The notes beneath the pieces were generated by a model, which saw only the letters and a list, made by a program, of their open reading frames with translations, ran no database searches and was not told where the DNA came from. From sequence record NZ_CP031103.1: a DNA stretch of 64,000 nt; one strand, given 5' to 3'. The position numbers and the translations under genes were made by a program. Positions 31,139 through 44,054 of the stretch are shown here, piece after piece (within the stretch, counting starts at the first letter, position 1; every line of letters starts with the position of its first letter). Origin of the DNA: a plasmid.

Positions 31139-31669
31139 GTGCAGCTTTTCCACGGAACCCGGCAGCGCTTTGACAGATTTGATGTCTCATTCTGGGGGAC
31201 CGGTGAGGCCGGCAGTATCAACGCCTGCTGGTTTACCGATAACTTTAAAGGGGCTTGCAATCATGCCTTGTTAAAAAACAGGAACCCCGGAAATCCGTTG
31301 GTTTACCGGTGCACATTGAAGAAAGGCTGCGTTATCGCAAATCATCGCCAGCTGCTTTCTGAGCAACCTGATATTGCATCACGTCTCAGGACTGGTCTGC
31401 CCGTAAGTATCAGCAGCCAGCTAGGCAGGGGACTGGACTGGCACGCCCTGAATGAACCCCGGTATACATATTGCAAAGGAAGTCTGATTTACGAGGGAAA
31501 CCGCCACGTAGAGCCCGCTGAACTAATCAGCCTGTATTTGTCATGTGGTATTCAGGGGGTGTATGACTGGGAGGGTATCTTTACAGACAGCTATCTGCAC
31601 GGGACGACGACTGTAATATTCGATACGGATGTGCTCGATATTCAGGAAGTTGTTGAGGTGCAGTTCTGA
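31139..31669 (+). CDS. Putative ADP-ribosyltransferase-fold protein (diphtheria-toxin-like H-Y-E signature)
   Basis: N-terminal LFHGT (compare DT YHGT His21) then WFTDNFKG (compare DT FYSTDNKY) 26 residues later. A candidate catalytic Glu sits in IYEG at about residue 119. 176 aa. Confidence 0.4.
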   Translation: MQLFHGTRQRFDRFDVSFWGTGEAGSINACWFTDNFKGACNHALLKNRNPGNPLVYRCTLKKGCVIANHRQLLSEQPDIASRLRTGLPVSISSQLGRGLDWHALNEPRYTYCKGSLIYEGNRHVEPAELISLYLSCGIQGVYDWEGIFTDSYLHGTTTVIFDTDVLDIQEVVEVQF

Positions 31670-32118
31670 ACCTCAACCTTCGCGCAACGAGGCTTGCCGA
31701 CGCTCATAGCGGTCAATGCCTGCCGCGAACGCTGGCCAAATGGCTGTGCTTTTTCCGGAGCATCGATGCTGTTCAGCCTACTTGTGCAGAACAGCACATG
31801 ATTTAATTTTTGTCATCGCAATCTGTGGTCACGATCATTCGTGTTCTTAGCCAGTCCCGGGATGCAGCCTGGCATGAACCCTGGAAATAAATGACCAAAC
31901 TTATGATTATAATTTGCTTTAATTATCAATGGCTTAGTTCGCGTAATCTGTCTTATGTTAAATTTAGTCCGTCGCTCATTTATTTTATACCCGACCGCAG
32001 ACTACGATTAGTCATACACAGATATACTCTTTCATTTAGTTTAAAAAAACGCTCCCTATCAGGAGCGTAAGCCAGTAACTTCGGCGTCAAATGAGGGTCT
32101 AACAAGTGGAGCTGCGGG

Positions 32119-32553
32119 TTAATTCTGGGTGATCTGACTGCGATGTTTATCAGCCTGCTGCTGGTGAACAACGGAAGACTGACCATTATTCGCCTTCTCA
32201 TGCACAACTGCGGCCTTCTCATGCTCGCTCATTTCAGAAAATGACTTTGCTGTTTCGTTGGTAGCTCCTGGTTTAGCTTTCATCATTTTTTTATGCATTT
32301 CAGCCATATCCTGGTGGGCAGCAGAATTGCTGTTTTGCATCATGTCATGGGACATTGCGGCCTGATCGTGACTGCTCATATCCATCATTGTCATGCTGTC
32401 TCCCTGAATTGCACTTTTTTCAGCAGATGACTGCATCTGGTGGGCAGGTGCCTGTGCATTATTTACCTGGTCATGCATGTTCATTGTCTCTGCAGCCATG
32501 GCAGATGAAGCGGCAGCCATAATGGCAACAAATGATACAAGGATCTTTTTCAT
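32119..32553 (-). CDS. pcoE: PcoE periplasmic copper-binding protein
   Basis: Signal peptide MKKILVSFVAIMAAASSAMA. Met/His-rich with MxxH and HxxM repeats. Confidence 0.85.
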   Translation of the reverse strand: MKKILVSFVAIMAAASSAMAAETMNMHDQVNNAQAPAHQMQSSAEKSAIQGDSMTMMDMSSHDQAAMSHDMMQNSNSAAHQDMAEMHKKMMKAKPGATNETAKSFSEMSEHEKAAVVHEKANNGQSSVVHQQQADKHRSQITQN

Positions 32554-32770
32554 GGTTGGGTCTCCGGTGTTTTCATACCCAAACAATCAACGGCTTATGA
32601 CAGAGAAAGCATTTGATCTCAGGGCGGGTTATTCATCACTCCAGGAACCAGGTGATTGCGTTATCACCCTGCTCCTGATTTATGAATGATTATAAAAAAC
32701 CGCATCTGTTTATCGCGTGACTGGATGATGACAATTTTGTCACCTTCCAGGTTTCTCCTGAATAACGGAG

Positions 32771-34171
32771 TTAATCCATTAACAGGCTCACTTTGAACAC
32801 AATTTCCCGCCCCTGCTGTTCTGCTGACAGCTCGCCGCCGTGAGCATGAATGATTGACCTTGTAATTGATAATCCCAGCCCCGCGCCTTCCGTGTTGTGG
32901 ACCCTTGATGAGTCTGCGCGATAGAACCGGTCAAACAAACGTTCAAGATTAGCGGGAACCGGGCCAGACATCGTATTCGTAATCATCACGTTCACACAGT
33001 CACCGTCATGCTCAAGGCGTATCGCTGTACAGGTGTTATCGGGAGAATACTTGATTGCATTCGAAAGCAGGTTACTGAAAGCACGTCGCAGCATATCGCT
33101 GTCTCCGGCAACAACGCCCTCTCCTTCAACCGTGATTGTCTTTCCTGTTTCGTCTGCCAGGGGCTCGAATAACTCACGTAATTCATTCAGTTCGGCGGCC
33201 AGATCCACATCATGTTTATCCAGCTGCAGCAGACCATGCTCTGAACGTGCCAGAAAAAGCATGTCACTGGTCATTCGTGACAACCTTTTCAGTTCTTCCA
33301 GGTTAGCGAATAAAATTTCGCGGTAATGCGAAACATCCCTTTCCTTAGCCAGTGCAAACTGCGTCTGCATCATCAGATTACTGACCGGTGTGCGCAGCTC
33401 ATGCGCGATGTCAGACGAGAAATCTGACAGTTTCCGGAATGAACCCTCCAGGCGATCGAACATGTTATTGAATTCCTGCATGGTCTCAGAGATTTCCGGC
33501 GGAGCCAGATCGGGATTAAGACGCTGATCCAGGCTGTGTACGGTCATGGAGGAAGCCAGACTGGTCATTTCCCGTAACGGTTTCAGACCAATGCGTGTGG
33601 TCAGCCAGCCCAGAAAAACAGAAATAAAAACCAGACCGATATTGAACCAAAACAGCCAGGTACTGAGCTTATCCATAAATAGGGTGTGATACCCGGTATC
33701 CGTGGCAACCGTAACGATGAAATGTTTGCTTTTACCCTGTTCCGGCGTCACGGCAACCCGCCGCGAGATACTGCGGTATACGGTGTTATTTTCTTCCGTC
33801 TGGATCATATAGTCGAGAATATCCCCCGACTTATTTAGCAGGACCGCTGGAACAACAGAATTTTTGGCATACAGTTCCACCAGTTTTTCATTTTCCATAT
33901 TTTTTATAGAAATGAATAAGCCATTGTGCCCCACCATCGCATCGTTTATTTTTTCTGATAATGACTTTATATCCGTTTTGTTCCTGAACGTCTCTGTTTT
34001 AAGAAACTCTTCGGTGAGCTGAAGTTTACCAGTCAGAAAATCGCGATCCTGATTATCGAAATAGCCATTAAGGGTGCTAATCAGGATAAAACTTGATAAC
34101 CACCATACCGTAAGCATCACTGCAGAAAAAATCAGGCTCAGGCGTGTGGTCAGGGAAATTTTGAGCCTCAC
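32771..34171 (-). CDS. pcoS: PcoS sensor histidine kinase
   Basis: 466 aa, 2 transmembrane helices, HisKA/HATPase_c domains (H-box AHELRTP). Confidence 0.85.
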   Translation of the reverse strand: MRLKISLTTRLSLIFSAVMLTVWWLSSFILISTLNGYFDNQDRDFLTGKLQLTEEFLKTETFRNKTDIKSLSEKINDAMVGHNGLFISIKNMENEKLVELYAKNSVVPAVLLNKSGDILDYMIQTEENNTVYRSISRRVAVTPEQGKSKHFIVTVATDTGYHTLFMDKLSTWLFWFNIGLVFISVFLGWLTTRIGLKPLREMTSLASSMTVHSLDQRLNPDLAPPEISETMQEFNNMFDRLEGSFRKLSDFSSDIAHELRTPVSNLMMQTQFALAKERDVSHYREILFANLEELKRLSRMTSDMLFLARSEHGLLQLDKHDVDLAAELNELRELFEPLADETGKTITVEGEGVVAGDSDMLRRAFSNLLSNAIKYSPDNTCTAIRLEHDGDCVNVMITNTMSGPVPANLERLFDRFYRADSSRVHNTEGAGLGLSITRSIIHAHGGELSAEQQGREIVFKVSLLMD

Positions 34172-34848
34172 TCTTCTCTGATCTCCAGGACATATCCGGC
34201 ACCGCGAACGGTATGGATCAGTTTTGGTTCAAAGTCATCATCAATTTTACTTCTCAGACGTCTCACGGCGACATCAATCACATTCGTATCACTGTCAAAG
34301 TTCATATTCCAGACCAGGGACGAGATAAGACTCCTGGGTAACACTTCTCCGGTGCGTTGCAACAGCAACTCAAGCAGAACGTATTCTTTACCGGTGAGAT
34401 GGATCTTCTTCCCCGAACGGATCACGGTTCGGCGCACCATATCAACGGTCATATCGGCGATGGTGCAAACCGTTGCGGACTGCGAGCGTGCCCGCCGCAG
34501 TAAGGTTCTTACACGTGCAACCAGCTCCGTAAAATCGAAGGGCTTAATCAGGTAGTCATCTGCACCAAGCTCCAGTCCTTTCACTTTGTCCCGCACGTTG
34601 TCTTTTGCGGTTAAAAACAGGACCGGTTCTTCGTGCCCGGACTTCCTCAGTGCGCTGATGATTTGCCACCCGTCGAGGAAAGGCAGCATCACGTCCAGTA
34701 TTATCAAATCATACTGTCCCTTCGACGCGGCCCCAAGACCATCGCGGCCATTATTAAAGAGATCGGCCTGATAGCCTTCCTCAACCAGTCCCTGCTGCAG
34801 GTAACGACCTGTTTTTTGTTCGTCTTCAACGATTAAAATACGCTGCAT
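34168..34848 (-). CDS. pcoR: PcoR OmpR-family response regulator
   Basis: [17 protein letters not shown].... Confidence 0.9.
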   Translation of the reverse strand: MQRILIVEDEQKTGRYLQQGLVEEGYQADLFNNGRDGLGAASKGQYDLIILDVMLPFLDGWQIISALRKSGHEEPVLFLTAKDNVRDKVKGLELGADDYLIKPFDFTELVARVRTLLRRARSQSATVCTIADMTVDMVRRTVIRSGKKIHLTGKEYVLLELLLQRTGEVLPRSLISSLVWNMNFDSDTNVIDVAVRRLRSKIDDDFEPKLIHTVRGAGYVLEIREE

Positions 34849-34902
34849 GGTCAACTCGCTGATATGAAAGTAAAAATCGCACGCGTGAGCGTTGGTTGTC
34901 CC

Positions 34903-35832
34903 TTAGCTGACCTGAGACGGAGCAAGCATTCCGAGCCACGCTACGGCACCCAGAATGATAATCGCAACAACGAATTCTGTCAGGATGCTGTTTCGCATCA
35001 GGGCAACGCTGCGATCATAATTCCCTTCCCTGACCATAACTTCAAGCCGGGGACCCAGGTGAAACCGGTTTGCTGCAGCCAGAAGAAGCATCAGAACAAA
35101 CAGAGCCGTCTTAGCAAGCAATATTCCCCCCCAGGAGCTGTTGAATAAGGGGGTTAAGTTACCTTCAGCAATATACAGATAGTTGACCATCGCACTCAGG
35201 ATCAGGGCTACAACAATCACCGTACCTGCCGTGGCAAATTTTGCCAGGGAGTCAGATATCACAATGACGCTCTGTGCATTGTGCGCGTTTCTGCGCATCA
35301 GCAGGATAGCAAATGCAACCAGAGCACCTGTCCAGGCACCTGCAGCGCCGAGATGAGTTAGATCGCTCAGTAAATGGAGATAGTAATGCAGACCGTCATG
35401 CATGACGGCGTGTCCTCCCCAGGCAAGTGTAGCCAGCGCCACGCCCCCACTCATCGTCATCAGCAGGCAGGACAATAGTCTCTTGTTAGTGTAAAGGAAC
35501 AAAGCACCGAGAGTGGTAAACAGTGCACAGAGTCTGACAATCCAGCTAATACCTACATCAGTTTCTTCTATAACCATCTCGATAATATGGATGGATAATT
35601 CCCTGAGATCAGTAACTCCGCTCATGGCATTAGATACCAGGAGCATATTAATGCCAGTAAGAATGATGCCTGCAACAACAGCAAAGGTTATAAACGACCT
35701 GAAATTAGTCAGGTTATAGGTTTCATGTCTGACACCGCTTATTCCATATATCTGAAAAAATGGCAATCCAAATATTACCATCAAATCCAGATAAAGAAGA
35801 AAACGAATAACAATCATAATCAGGTCGTTCAT
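34903..35832 (-). CDS. pcoD: PcoD (CopD) inner-membrane copper protein
   Basis: 309 aa, polytopic. Confidence 0.85.
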   Translation of the reverse strand: MNDLIMIVIRFLLYLDLMVIFGLPFFQIYGISGVRHETYNLTNFRSFITFAVVAGIILTGINMLLVSNAMSGVTDLRELSIHIIEMVIEETDVGISWIVRLCALFTTLGALFLYTNKRLLSCLLMTMSGGVALATLAWGGHAVMHDGLHYYLHLLSDLTHLGAAGAWTGALVAFAILLMRRNAHNAQSVIVISDSLAKFATAGTVIVVALILSAMVNYLYIAEGNLTPLFNSSWGGILLAKTALFVLMLLLAAANRFHLGPRLEVMVREGNYDRSVALMRNSILTEFVVAIIILGAVAWLGMLAPSQVS

Positions 35833-35836
35833 AATA

Positions 35837-36217
35837 TTACTTCACTGTAAAGGTGTAATTACCGGTAATAGGGTGCGTATCTGAAGAAACCGCGCGCCAG
35901 TCAACACGATAAGTGCCAGCGGGTAAAGGCTCTCGCGGAATAATGACCATCGATTTAGGGTCAGCGCCTGGCGCCACTTTTGCCGCGACCGGCATCGGAG
36001 AATGTGATGACATGCCTTTCATACCCGTCATCGTTAATTTTGCACCTGAGAATTTCACGGTCAGATTTTCCGAGAAATTAAGCTGAATCTTTTCCGGGGC
36101 CGCTACGGCTGAATCAGCCTGTGGCACAGAGCTTTTTAATTCCGGATGGGCCATAGCAGAGAAAGCAACGCCCATAACGAGGCCACCTGTAAGAATGGCT
36201 TTATTTAAAATCGACAT
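35837..36217 (-). CDS. pcoC: PcoC (CopC) periplasmic copper chaperone
   Basis: 126 aa, signal peptide, Met-rich loop. Confidence 0.9.
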   Translation of the reverse strand: MSILNKAILTGGLVMGVAFSAMAHPELKSSVPQADSAVAAPEKIQLNFSENLTVKFSGAKLTMTGMKGMSSHSPMPVAAKVAPGADPKSMVIIPREPLPAGTYRVDWRAVSSDTHPITGNYTFTVK

Positions 36218-36256
36218 TTTATTTACCTGTTTAGTTGAGTGTTTTATATCAGTGCG

Positions 36257-37156
36257 TTAAAACCAGATTCTGGCTCCCGCCAGGAATACTACCTGATGGT
36301 CTTTCTCACCTTCTCTTTTCGCCATATCGGATGTTTTCCCGTAAAGTTGATTCCAGGAAACGCCTATATAGGGTGCAAACTCACGGCGTATTTCATAGCG
36401 CAGCCGGAGCCCCAGCTCTGTGTCAGTCAGTCCCCTGCCGCGACCCCGCGATTCATCATCCTGACTGTAGAAATTCACCTCATAGGATGGCTGGAGTATG
36501 AGCCGGTTAGTCAGTAAAACGTCGTATTCTCCTCCCAGACGAAGGGCTGCTTTTCCGCCATTACTGACAAAACCCGTAATTTCAGACTCAAAATTATAGA
36601 GTGCCAGCCCCTGAAAACCGACAGCAGCCCAGGTCCGGGCAGAAGCAGGTCTGAAATCCTGCCTGACACCCGCAACCAAATCCCACCATGGGCCAACCGC
36701 ATGTCCCCAGAGTAACTGCGCTTCAGCCGCCTCCGTTTCCCCATTGCTTCGTTCACCTTCACTCTTTAGCCAAATCCGATCTGTGTCGCCTCCAATCCAG
36801 CTGTTAACACTCCAGCTGAAATTGTTGGTGTTATCCGACCGTTGCCATTCCAGTTGATCCAGCAGAACCAGATAATTAATCGCACTGTCGTGAATCGCAT
36901 GCCCCTGTAAATTGCCGAATGCAGCCTTCCGGTCGGCATCGGTAACAGGCGGAATTGGCGTTCTGCTCTCAGTTACAATGGGCTCCATTGACGTCATCTC
37001 AGTGAAATTCTCATCTGCTGGCATCTGCATGGCAGACATGTCGTGCCCGGCGTGGGGATCTGCAGAGACGGAGCCCGCCGCAATAGAAAGCTGTGAGGTA
37101 AACAAACCGGCGACCAGAACAGGTATGGCCTTCAAATTTCTCTTCATTCGCATCAT
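36257..37156 (-). CDS. pcoB: PcoB outer-membrane copper protein
   Basis: 299 aa ending ...RIWF. Confidence 0.9.
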   Translation of the reverse strand: MMRMKRNLKAIPVLVAGLFTSQLSIAAGSVSADPHAGHDMSAMQMPADENFTEMTSMEPIVTESRTPIPPVTDADRKAAFGNLQGHAIHDSAINYLVLLDQLEWQRSDNTNNFSWSVNSWIGGDTDRIWLKSEGERSNGETEAAEAQLLWGHAVGPWWDLVAGVRQDFRPASARTWAAVGFQGLALYNFESEITGFVSNGGKAALRLGGEYDVLLTNRLILQPSYEVNFYSQDDESRGRGRGLTDTELGLRLRYEIRREFAPYIGVSWNQLYGKTSDMAKREGEKDHQVVFLAGARIWF

Positions 37157-38970
37157 TCCTCCACCCGGACTTCACGAAACATTCCCATTTCCATGTGATA
37201 GAGCAAATGGCAGTGATACGCCCAGCGGCCAAGCGCATCTGCTGTCACTCTGTAACTGCGTTTTGTACCAGGGGGAACATCTATTGTGTGTTTACGAACC
37301 ATGAAATTACCGTTTTCATCTTCCAGATCGCTCCACATACCATGCAGGTGAATGGGGTGAGTCATCATGGTATCGTTGATCAGCGTGATCCTGAGCCGCT
37401 CACCGTATTTCAGCAGCACCGGTGCGGCATCTGAAAACTTGATTCCGTTAAATGACCAGGCAAACTTTTCCATGTGGCCGGTTAAATGCAGTTCTATGGT
37501 ACGGCCAGGTTCACGTCCGTCAGGATCCTCAAAGCGGCTTTTCAAATCCGCGTACGTGAGAACCTTTCTTCCGTTATTTCGAAGACCAATACCCGGATCA
37601 TTTAATTTCGGAGAGACGCTCATCGCCTGCATATCAACCAGTGGGTTATCCGTTTCTGACGCAGGATGACTTTGCATACCCGGCATTCCGGCCATCCGGG
37701 AATGATCCATACCGGCCATGCTGCTGTGATCCATGGGCGCGGAGGATGTCCCGCTATCCGGAAGGTCAGCACCGTCCATAGACATCATCTCTCCGCTGTT
37801 ATCCATGCCTCCCATCTGGCTGTGGTCCATTCCTGCCATATCATGTCCCATTCCCCCCATACCCATATCTTCCATGGTCAACAGAGGACGGGGATCGAGG
37901 GGGGGAACGGCAGCACTTAACCCCTCTCTCGTGGCCAGTGTCCCTCGAGCGTAACCGGTCCTGTCCATGGATTGTGCGAAGATGGTATAGGCCTCACCCT
38001 GAGGCTCCACAATGACATCATAGGTTTCGGCAACGGCAATCCTGAATTCGTCAACGGTAACCGGGTTTACATACTGGCCATCTGCAGCCACGACCGTCAT
38101 TTTCAGCCCGGGGATACGGATATCGAAATAGGTCATTGCCGAGCCGTTGATAAACCGTAAGCGTATCTTTTCACCGGGACGGAACAGTCCGGTCCAGTTT
38201 TTCAGCGGGGCCTGCCCGTTCATGAGATAGGTGTAGGTGTAGCCACTGACATCCGCGAGGTCAGTCGGATTCATTTTCATTTCAGCCCACATTTTCCGAT
38301 CGGCAATGGTGGCTGACAGCCCCCTGGTATTCACGTCGCGGAAAAAAGAGCCAACGGTTGGTTTATTGAAATTGTAGTAATCCGACTGTTTTTTTAATTT
38401 TTTCAGCAGGCTGTGAGGATTTTCATCGGTCCAGTCAGACAACATGACCACATGCTCACGATCGTAAGCAAACGGTTCTGGCTCCCTGGCATCGATGATA
38501 ATGGCACCGTATACCCCCTCCTGTTCCTGCAGACCGGAATGGCTGTGGTACCAGTAAGTCCCGTTCTGCTTAACCTTAAAGGTGTAAACGTAGGTATCAT
38601 CAGGCTCTATGCCCATAAAACTCAGCCCCGGAACACCATCCATATTGGCCGGAAGAATAATGCCGTGCCAGTGAATGGACGTCTGTTCATTAAGACGGTT
38701 TTTGACCTTCAGGGTAATGGTGTCACCTTCTTTCCAGCGAAGAACGGGCCCCGGCAGGCCTCCATTGATTGTTTTGGCCTGACGCTCACTGCCCGTGATA
38801 TTGACGGCCGTTTCACCAATGGTCAGGTCAAACTGAGTACCCTGCAGGGATGCGGCAACTGGCAGGCTCAGACTGGAACGCGCATTGAAACTCCATACGC
38901 CAAGACTTCCGGCTACGCCAGAGAGGGTTAACCCCTTCAGGAAAGTTCGTCGAGACGTTTTCAACAGCAT
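37153..38970 (-). CDS. pcoA: PcoA multicopper oxidase
   Basis: Tat signal SRRTFLKG. Cu-site motifs HWHG and [12 protein letters not shown]. Met-rich insert. Confidence 0.95.
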   Translation of the reverse strand: MLLKTSRRTFLKGLTLSGVAGSLGVWSFNARSSLSLPVAASLQGTQFDLTIGETAVNITGSERQAKTINGGLPGPVLRWKEGDTITLKVKNRLNEQTSIHWHGIILPANMDGVPGLSFMGIEPDDTYVYTFKVKQNGTYWYHSHSGLQEQEGVYGAIIIDAREPEPFAYDREHVVMLSDWTDENPHSLLKKLKKQSDYYNFNKPTVGSFFRDVNTRGLSATIADRKMWAEMKMNPTDLADVSGYTYTYLMNGQAPLKNWTGLFRPGEKIRLRFINGSAMTYFDIRIPGLKMTVVAADGQYVNPVTVDEFRIAVAETYDVIVEPQGEAYTIFAQSMDRTGYARGTLATREGLSAAVPPLDPRPLLTMEDMGMGGMGHDMAGMDHSQMGGMDNSGEMMSMDGADLPDSGTSSAPMDHSSMAGMDHSRMAGMPGMQSHPASETDNPLVDMQAMSVSPKLNDPGIGLRNNGRKVLTYADLKSRFEDPDGREPGRTIELHLTGHMEKFAWSFNGIKFSDAAPVLLKYGERLRITLINDTMMTHPIHLHGMWSDLEDENGNFMVRKHTIDVPPGTKRSYRVTADALGRWAYHCHLLYHMEMGMFREVRVEE

Positions 38971-39204
38971 GCGCATTCCCTTATTTAAAGTATGGTTACT
39001 GACAGAATTCGAGAACCGATTTAAATTAAATTACTGGTTCATCCACTTACAATGAAATGAATCTAGCACACCTTAAGAAACAAATTCATTACAATCGTGT
39101 AATGTACATAGCTGTATTACATTTACGTCATCTTCCCCACAGGTTGATTATTTTTATATATGATCATAAGGACATCTTTTATGTACCTCAGAAGGTAATT
39201 ACAC

Positions 39205-39657
39205 ATGAATATATTAATCACGACCACTGCGTTTACAGCTTTATTTTGTGGGGCAGCTTTTGCTCAGTCCAGTGATATTGCCCATGAAGCACATCGATTT
39301 GTTAATAATGCCTCAGCCGTCAGTCATGTGAATTCCTCGACGCATGAAAACTTACCGGACAGGGTTAATAAAAACAACACGCCCTCATTCTCTGAAATGA
39401 ATGAACATGAAAGGGCCATTGTTGCTCATTCATTTATGAACAACAGCGCGTCCTATGCGCATCAGAAAATGATTGAGGAACATAAAAAAATGCTGTCCGG
39501 CAGTGATGCAAATTCAAAGACCTCGTCTTCTTCTTCTTTTAACGAACTGAATGCCGGAGAAAAAGCCGCTCTCGTGCATGAGCAGGTCAATAATGCCGGT
39601 GCGGAAGCACATCAGACGCAGGCAAGAAAGCTTCGCGGGCTGTATTCGACCAGGTAA
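39205..39657 (+). CDS. SilE/PcoE-family periplasmic metal-binding protein paralogue
   Basis: Signal peptide, HExxA/H-rich repeats (EMNEHERAIVAH, AGEKAALVHE). Confidence 0.7.
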   Translation: MNILITTTAFTALFCGAAFAQSSDIAHEAHRFVNNASAVSHVNSSTHENLPDRVNKNNTPSFSEMNEHERAIVAHSFMNNSASYAHQKMIEEHKKMLSGSDANSKTSSSSSFNELNAGEKAALVHEQVNNAGAEAHQTQARKLRGLYSTR

Positions 39658-39945
39658 CTGCAGGCGGGTTAGTGCTTAGCGTCAGGTGCGCAGCAGGGCT
39701 TTACTGACGGGTTACGTAGCAGGACATGAGCCCCATATTGCTCTGCCGTAACCTGTTTCAGTCCCGTTAATCATCACCGTCGGGCTGGTCATACAGTTCC
39801 CAGAGCTTCCGGAGCAAACGGGAAACAAGATATGTTACAAAAATGACGACCATCAACGGTGCTCCCGATTAACTGACAGATGACACGCCTCCTGAAAACC
39901 CCTAGCATACGCCGCAGTGTTCATGCTAACGGCGAATTCCAGTAA

Positions 39946-40683
39946 ATGTATTCTACCGATGTCGTAAAAGAAAATGCCTACCTTTCAGCCACCCGCTCGG
40001 GGCTGGAATCGAACGAGATCGCTACTCTTCAGCGCTCCTTGCCTTCCCGGTTTAATCTGCGGCATTTGAAAAAAAATGAATCATTAAAACTCGTACTGCA
40101 AAAGAAAGCGGGAAAATCACGTGTCGTGGCCTATAAATTTACGTCCGGTTCATTTAATTACACGGCGTATCGTATATCAGATAAAAAGTTCTATAACCTT
40201 TCCGATACTTCCGGGAAAGGCAGTCTCGATTATCCGTTACCGGCCACAGCAAGACTCAGTTCGCCTTTCAATCCTGCAAGACTTAACCCGGTATCGGGAA
40301 AAGTGAGTCCCCATAATGGCATTGATTATTCCATGCCCATGAACACGAAAATAGTCAGCGTCATCGACGGAAAAATCACCCGGGCCGAATACAACAGTAC
40401 CATGGGATATTTTGTTGAAGTAACGGGAAAAGCCGGTGTTAAAACTCGCTATCTCCACCTCAATAAAATACTCGTTACTAAAGGGGCCAGGGTTACCCGG
40501 GGAGACGCTATTGCGTTATCCGGTAACAGCGGACGTTCATCCGGTCCTCATCTGCATTACGAGCTGGTCATCAATAACAATCCTGTTAACTCACTGGCGT
40601 TCCGGACGGCGGCACCCGCTGATAACAAACTCGAACAGCATGCCTTTGCGCATGCCAGAGACTACGAACGATACCTGGACTGA
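39946..40683 (+). CDS. pcoG: M23-family metallopeptidase (PcoG-like)
   Basis: HNGIDY...HLHYE LytM/M23 motifs. Confidence 0.7.
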   Translation: MYSTDVVKENAYLSATRSGLESNEIATLQRSLPSRFNLRHLKKNESLKLVLQKKAGKSRVVAYKFTSGSFNYTAYRISDKKFYNLSDTSGKGSLDYPLPATARLSSPFNPARLNPVSGKVSPHNGIDYSMPMNTKIVSVIDGKITRAEYNSTMGYFVEVTGKAGVKTRYLHLNKILVTKGARVTRGDAIALSGNSGRSSGPHLHYELVINNNPVNSLAFRTAAPADNKLEQHAFAHARDYERYLD

Positions 40684-40716
40684 TAACGGGACCGCGACGC
40701 GGTCCCGTCTGCCGGA

Positions 40717-40914
40717 TTAATTTTTTTTATCGTTTTCACTTCCGTGATGTTGATGATCTCCATGCCCCCCGTGACCGTGGAAAAGATGCATGAGCGGACA
40801 AAGCAGCAGTAACAGATATGGCCAGTAGCCTGCCACATGTGACCAGTGTTCGCGCAGGAGAGCAAATGCCGCAATCGCGGCGACAGCAATAAGCGCATAG
40901 GTTGTACTTTTCAT
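40717..40914 (-). CDS. Small His-rich membrane protein (DUF2933-like)
   Basis: 65 aa, one transmembrane helix then HGHGGHGDHQHHG. Confidence 0.5.
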   Translation of the reverse strand: MKSTTYALIAVAAIAAFALLREHWSHVAGYWPYLLLLLCPLMHLFHGHGGHGDHQHHGSENDKKN

Positions 40915-40954
40915 ACCGGACTCCTTCTGTTCGTAACAGCCCCTTCACTCAGTG

Positions 40955-43402
40955 TTATTTCCCGAGCCTGACACTTTTCAGACGCAACGCATTTGCAATG
41001 ACGCTAACGGAGGAAAGGGCCATGGCCGCCGCCGCAATAACTGGCGACAGCAGTATTCCATACACAGGATAAAGCAGACCTGCAGCTACAGGCACCCCAA
41101 GAGCATTGTAGATAAACGCAAAAAACAGATTCTGCCGGATATTTTTCATGGTGATCTCTGACAGATGACGGGCCCTGTTGAGTATCATCAAATCGCCTTT
41201 GAGAAGGGTAACGCCAGCACTTTCTATTGCCACATCTGTACCCGTTCCCATGGCTATACCCACGTCAGCCGCTGCCAGCGCCGGGGCATCATTCACACCG
41301 TCTCCGGCCATCGCAACCACATGGCCAGACTCTTTCAGTCGGGTTATCACTGCTTTTTTGCCATCCGGCAGAATCCCGGCTTCAACCTCATCTATTCCCA
41401 GTTTCCGTGCGACTGCTTCAGCAGTAAGCTGGTTATCCCCGGTGAGCATAACAATGCGGATCCCCGCCTGACGCAAAGCTTTAAGCGCATCCGGCGTGGT
41501 TGCTTTCACGGGATCCGAGATAGCTATCAGGCCTGCAAGGTTCCCGTCTGTGGCCACATAGATAACGGTAGCGCCTTCCATCCGCAACGTATCCGCAACG
41601 GCCTTTTGATTATCAATAACGATACTGTTTTCCTGCATAGCCAGTTCATTACCAATAACAACCCGTTGACCTTCGACATCGCCTGAGACACCTTTCCCCG
41701 ACGGGGCATTGAAATTACTGACGGCAGGTATCACGATCCCCTTTTCATGCGCGGCTCTGACAACAGCCATACCCAACGGATGCTGCGAACCTTTTTCCAC
41801 TGCAGCTGTTACACGTAAAAGAGATATTTCCCCACCCGGACTGAGACTGATAATCCCTGTCACCGTAGGCGAACCTTCCGTGAGCGTGCCTGTTTTGTCG
41901 ACAACCAGCGTGTCCACTTTTTCAAGACGCTCAAGGGCTTCGGCATTCTTGATTAACACCCCGGCCTGGGCGCCTTTGCCCACCCCCACCATTATCGACA
42001 TCGGCGTGGCCAGTCCCAGCGCGCAGGGACAGGCAATAATCAGGACCGACACAGCCGCAATGAGACCGTGCGCCATCCTGGGCTCGGGCCCCCAGACAGA
42101 CCAGATCAAGAAAGCAACAACCGCGATAAGTATCACCAGAGGAACAAACCAGCCTGAAACGCTGTCTGCCATTCTCTGGATGGGGGCACGCGAACGCTGT
42201 GCATCAGCGACCATCTGAACAATTCGTGAGAGCATCGTTTCATCACCGACTTTCTCTGCACGGATGATAAGACTACCTGTCTGATTAATCGTCCCCCCAA
42301 TGACAGGGTCACCCTTCGTTTTGGTAACCGGCATAGACTCCCCGGTCACCATCGATTCATCCACGGTTGTTTTGCCTTCGATCACGATACCGTCGACCGG
42401 AATACTCTCTCCAGGTCTGATGCGGAGCTTATCGCCAGGCAGGACATCTTCCGCATTAATATCCGTTTCATGACCGTCATGATCCAGCCGTCTGGCGGTT
42501 TTGGGGGCAAGGTTCAGAAGCGCAGTAATGGCGCCTGAGGTTTGTTCCCGTGCCCGCAGCTCAAGAACCTGTCCCAGCAGAACAAGCACCGTAATAACTG
42601 CTGCGGCTTCAAAATAAACGGCCACCAGGCCATCCATGTTTCTGAACGATGCAGGAAACCAGGAGGGGAAGACGGTTGCAATGACGCTGTAAACCCAGGC
42701 TACGCCGGTCCCCATTGCAACAAGGGTAAACATATTCAGGGAGCGGTTACGTAACGACATTCCGGCCCGGGCGAAGAATGGCCAGCCACACCACAACACG
42801 ACAGGGGAGGCCAGAAGCAACTGCAGCCATGTGTTGTACTGTGGCGGTACTGTATTCCTCAAGTCGGGAAACAGATGAGATCCCATTTCGAGTACCAGAA
42901 CCGGAAACGCCAGCAACAACCCCAGCCAGAAGCGTCTTGTCATGTCGTGAAGTTCATCACTCGGCCCCGTGGATGCCGTAGCTACGAGCGGCTCCAGTGC
43001 CATTCCACAGACAGGACAGCTTCCGGGACCACTGCGGCGTATCTCCGGGTGCATCGGACATGTCCACACACCTTCAGAATTCTCTTTTTCCGCCTGGTTG
43101 TGAGGCTGTTTTATCTGATCAGGGCTGACTTCGTGATGATCGTGGTGATGGTGATGGGAATGTTCACTGGCATCTTCGGTAAAATAATGATCGGGATGGG
43201 CTTTAAATTTGCTCTCACAGCTGGCGGAGCAGAAATAAAGCTGATGGTCCTGGTATCGAATGCTGCTGTGCGCCTTGTCAGGCAGGATGACCATCCCGCA
43301 CACGGGATCTCTCACCTTATGCAATACGTGGCCCTCGTCCGGGGATAATGTCTGCTCAGAAGCAGTCTGGTTGTTGTGTTGCACTGCATTGTCATTTTTC
43401 AC
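40955..43402 (-). CDS. silP: SilP Cu/Ag-translocating P1B-type ATPase
   Basis: CPC, DKTGT and GDGVND motifs plus N-terminal His-rich and CxxC regions. Confidence 0.9.
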   Translation of the reverse strand: MKNDNAVQHNNQTASEQTLSPDEGHVLHKVRDPVCGMVILPDKAHSSIRYQDHQLYFCSASCESKFKAHPDHYFTEDASEHSHHHHHDHHEVSPDQIKQPHNQAEKENSEGVWTCPMHPEIRRSGPGSCPVCGMALEPLVATASTGPSDELHDMTRRFWLGLLLAFPVLVLEMGSHLFPDLRNTVPPQYNTWLQLLLASPVVLWCGWPFFARAGMSLRNRSLNMFTLVAMGTGVAWVYSVIATVFPSWFPASFRNMDGLVAVYFEAAAVITVLVLLGQVLELRAREQTSGAITALLNLAPKTARRLDHDGHETDINAEDVLPGDKLRIRPGESIPVDGIVIEGKTTVDESMVTGESMPVTKTKGDPVIGGTINQTGSLIIRAEKVGDETMLSRIVQMVADAQRSRAPIQRMADSVSGWFVPLVILIAVVAFLIWSVWGPEPRMAHGLIAAVSVLIIACPCALGLATPMSIMVGVGKGAQAGVLIKNAEALERLEKVDTLVVDKTGTLTEGSPTVTGIISLSPGGEISLLRVTAAVEKGSQHPLGMAVVRAAHEKGIVIPAVSNFNAPSGKGVSGDVEGQRVVIGNELAMQENSIVIDNQKAVADTLRMEGATVIYVATDGNLAGLIAISDPVKATTPDALKALRQAGIRIVMLTGDNQLTAEAVARKLGIDEVEAGILPDGKKAVITRLKESGHVVAMAGDGVNDAPALAAADVGIAMGTGTDVAIESAGVTLLKGDLMILNRARHLSEITMKNIRQNLFFAFIYNALGVPVAAGLLYPVYGILLSPVIAAAAMALSSVSVIANALRLKSVRLGK

Positions 43403-43528
43403 AGTAACTCTCCTTATGCATACCGAAGCATCTTCTGTCTTCAGGGTATGTCATGGATGCGATTACCACGAATATCGCCGGCACAGGAGTGCCTGCTACC
43501 GGCGTCCCGTTATCAGCCGTTCCGCTGA

Positions 43529-43975
43529 CTATTTGATTCGCTGGAAGATCTTTTTACTGCCCTCCGGGGAGAATGCGATAACATCGTAAGCCTCTTTACG
43601 GGCCCCCATCTCCATTCCCGGGCTTCCCGCAGGCATGCCGGGGGTGGCAAGGCCATAAATCCCTGAACCAGACTGCATTGCCTTATGTATCGTGGCTGCA
43701 GGCACATGACCTTCAATGATCAAATTACCAGTAACTGCGGTATGACAGCTTCTCAGTCCAGCAGGAACAGCATATTTTTCTTTCAGGGCTGACAGAGCCT
43801 GATCATTCATGACGTGGGTCCGCACCTCAAACCCGTCCTTTTCCATCGCCTTGCCCCACAGGGAACAGCAACCACAGTTTTCAGACTTGTACATGTCTAT
43901 TACTTTTTCACCTGCCATTGCCGGCAGTGAAAGGCCAAAAGCCAGGGTCATTAAAATTATTTTTTTCATACTCAC
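43529..43975 (-). CDS. DUF411 periplasmic metal-binding protein (sil ORF105-like)
   Basis: Signal peptide and CGCC motif. It lies between silP and silA as in sil operons. Confidence 0.6.
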   Translation of the reverse strand: MSMKKIILMTLAFGLSLPAMAGEKVIDMYKSENCGCCSLWGKAMEKDGFEVRTHVMNDQALSALKEKYAVPAGLRSCHTAVTGNLIIEGHVPAATIHKAMQSGSGIYGLATPGMPAGSPGMEMGARKEAYDVIAFSPEGSKKIFQRIK

Positions 43976-44054
43976 CTCTGTATGTTATCGATATAAACCC
44001 TGACGTCAGGGTGAATTTATGCAAAAGGACACCTGCAGGGGTGTCCTTTCAGGG

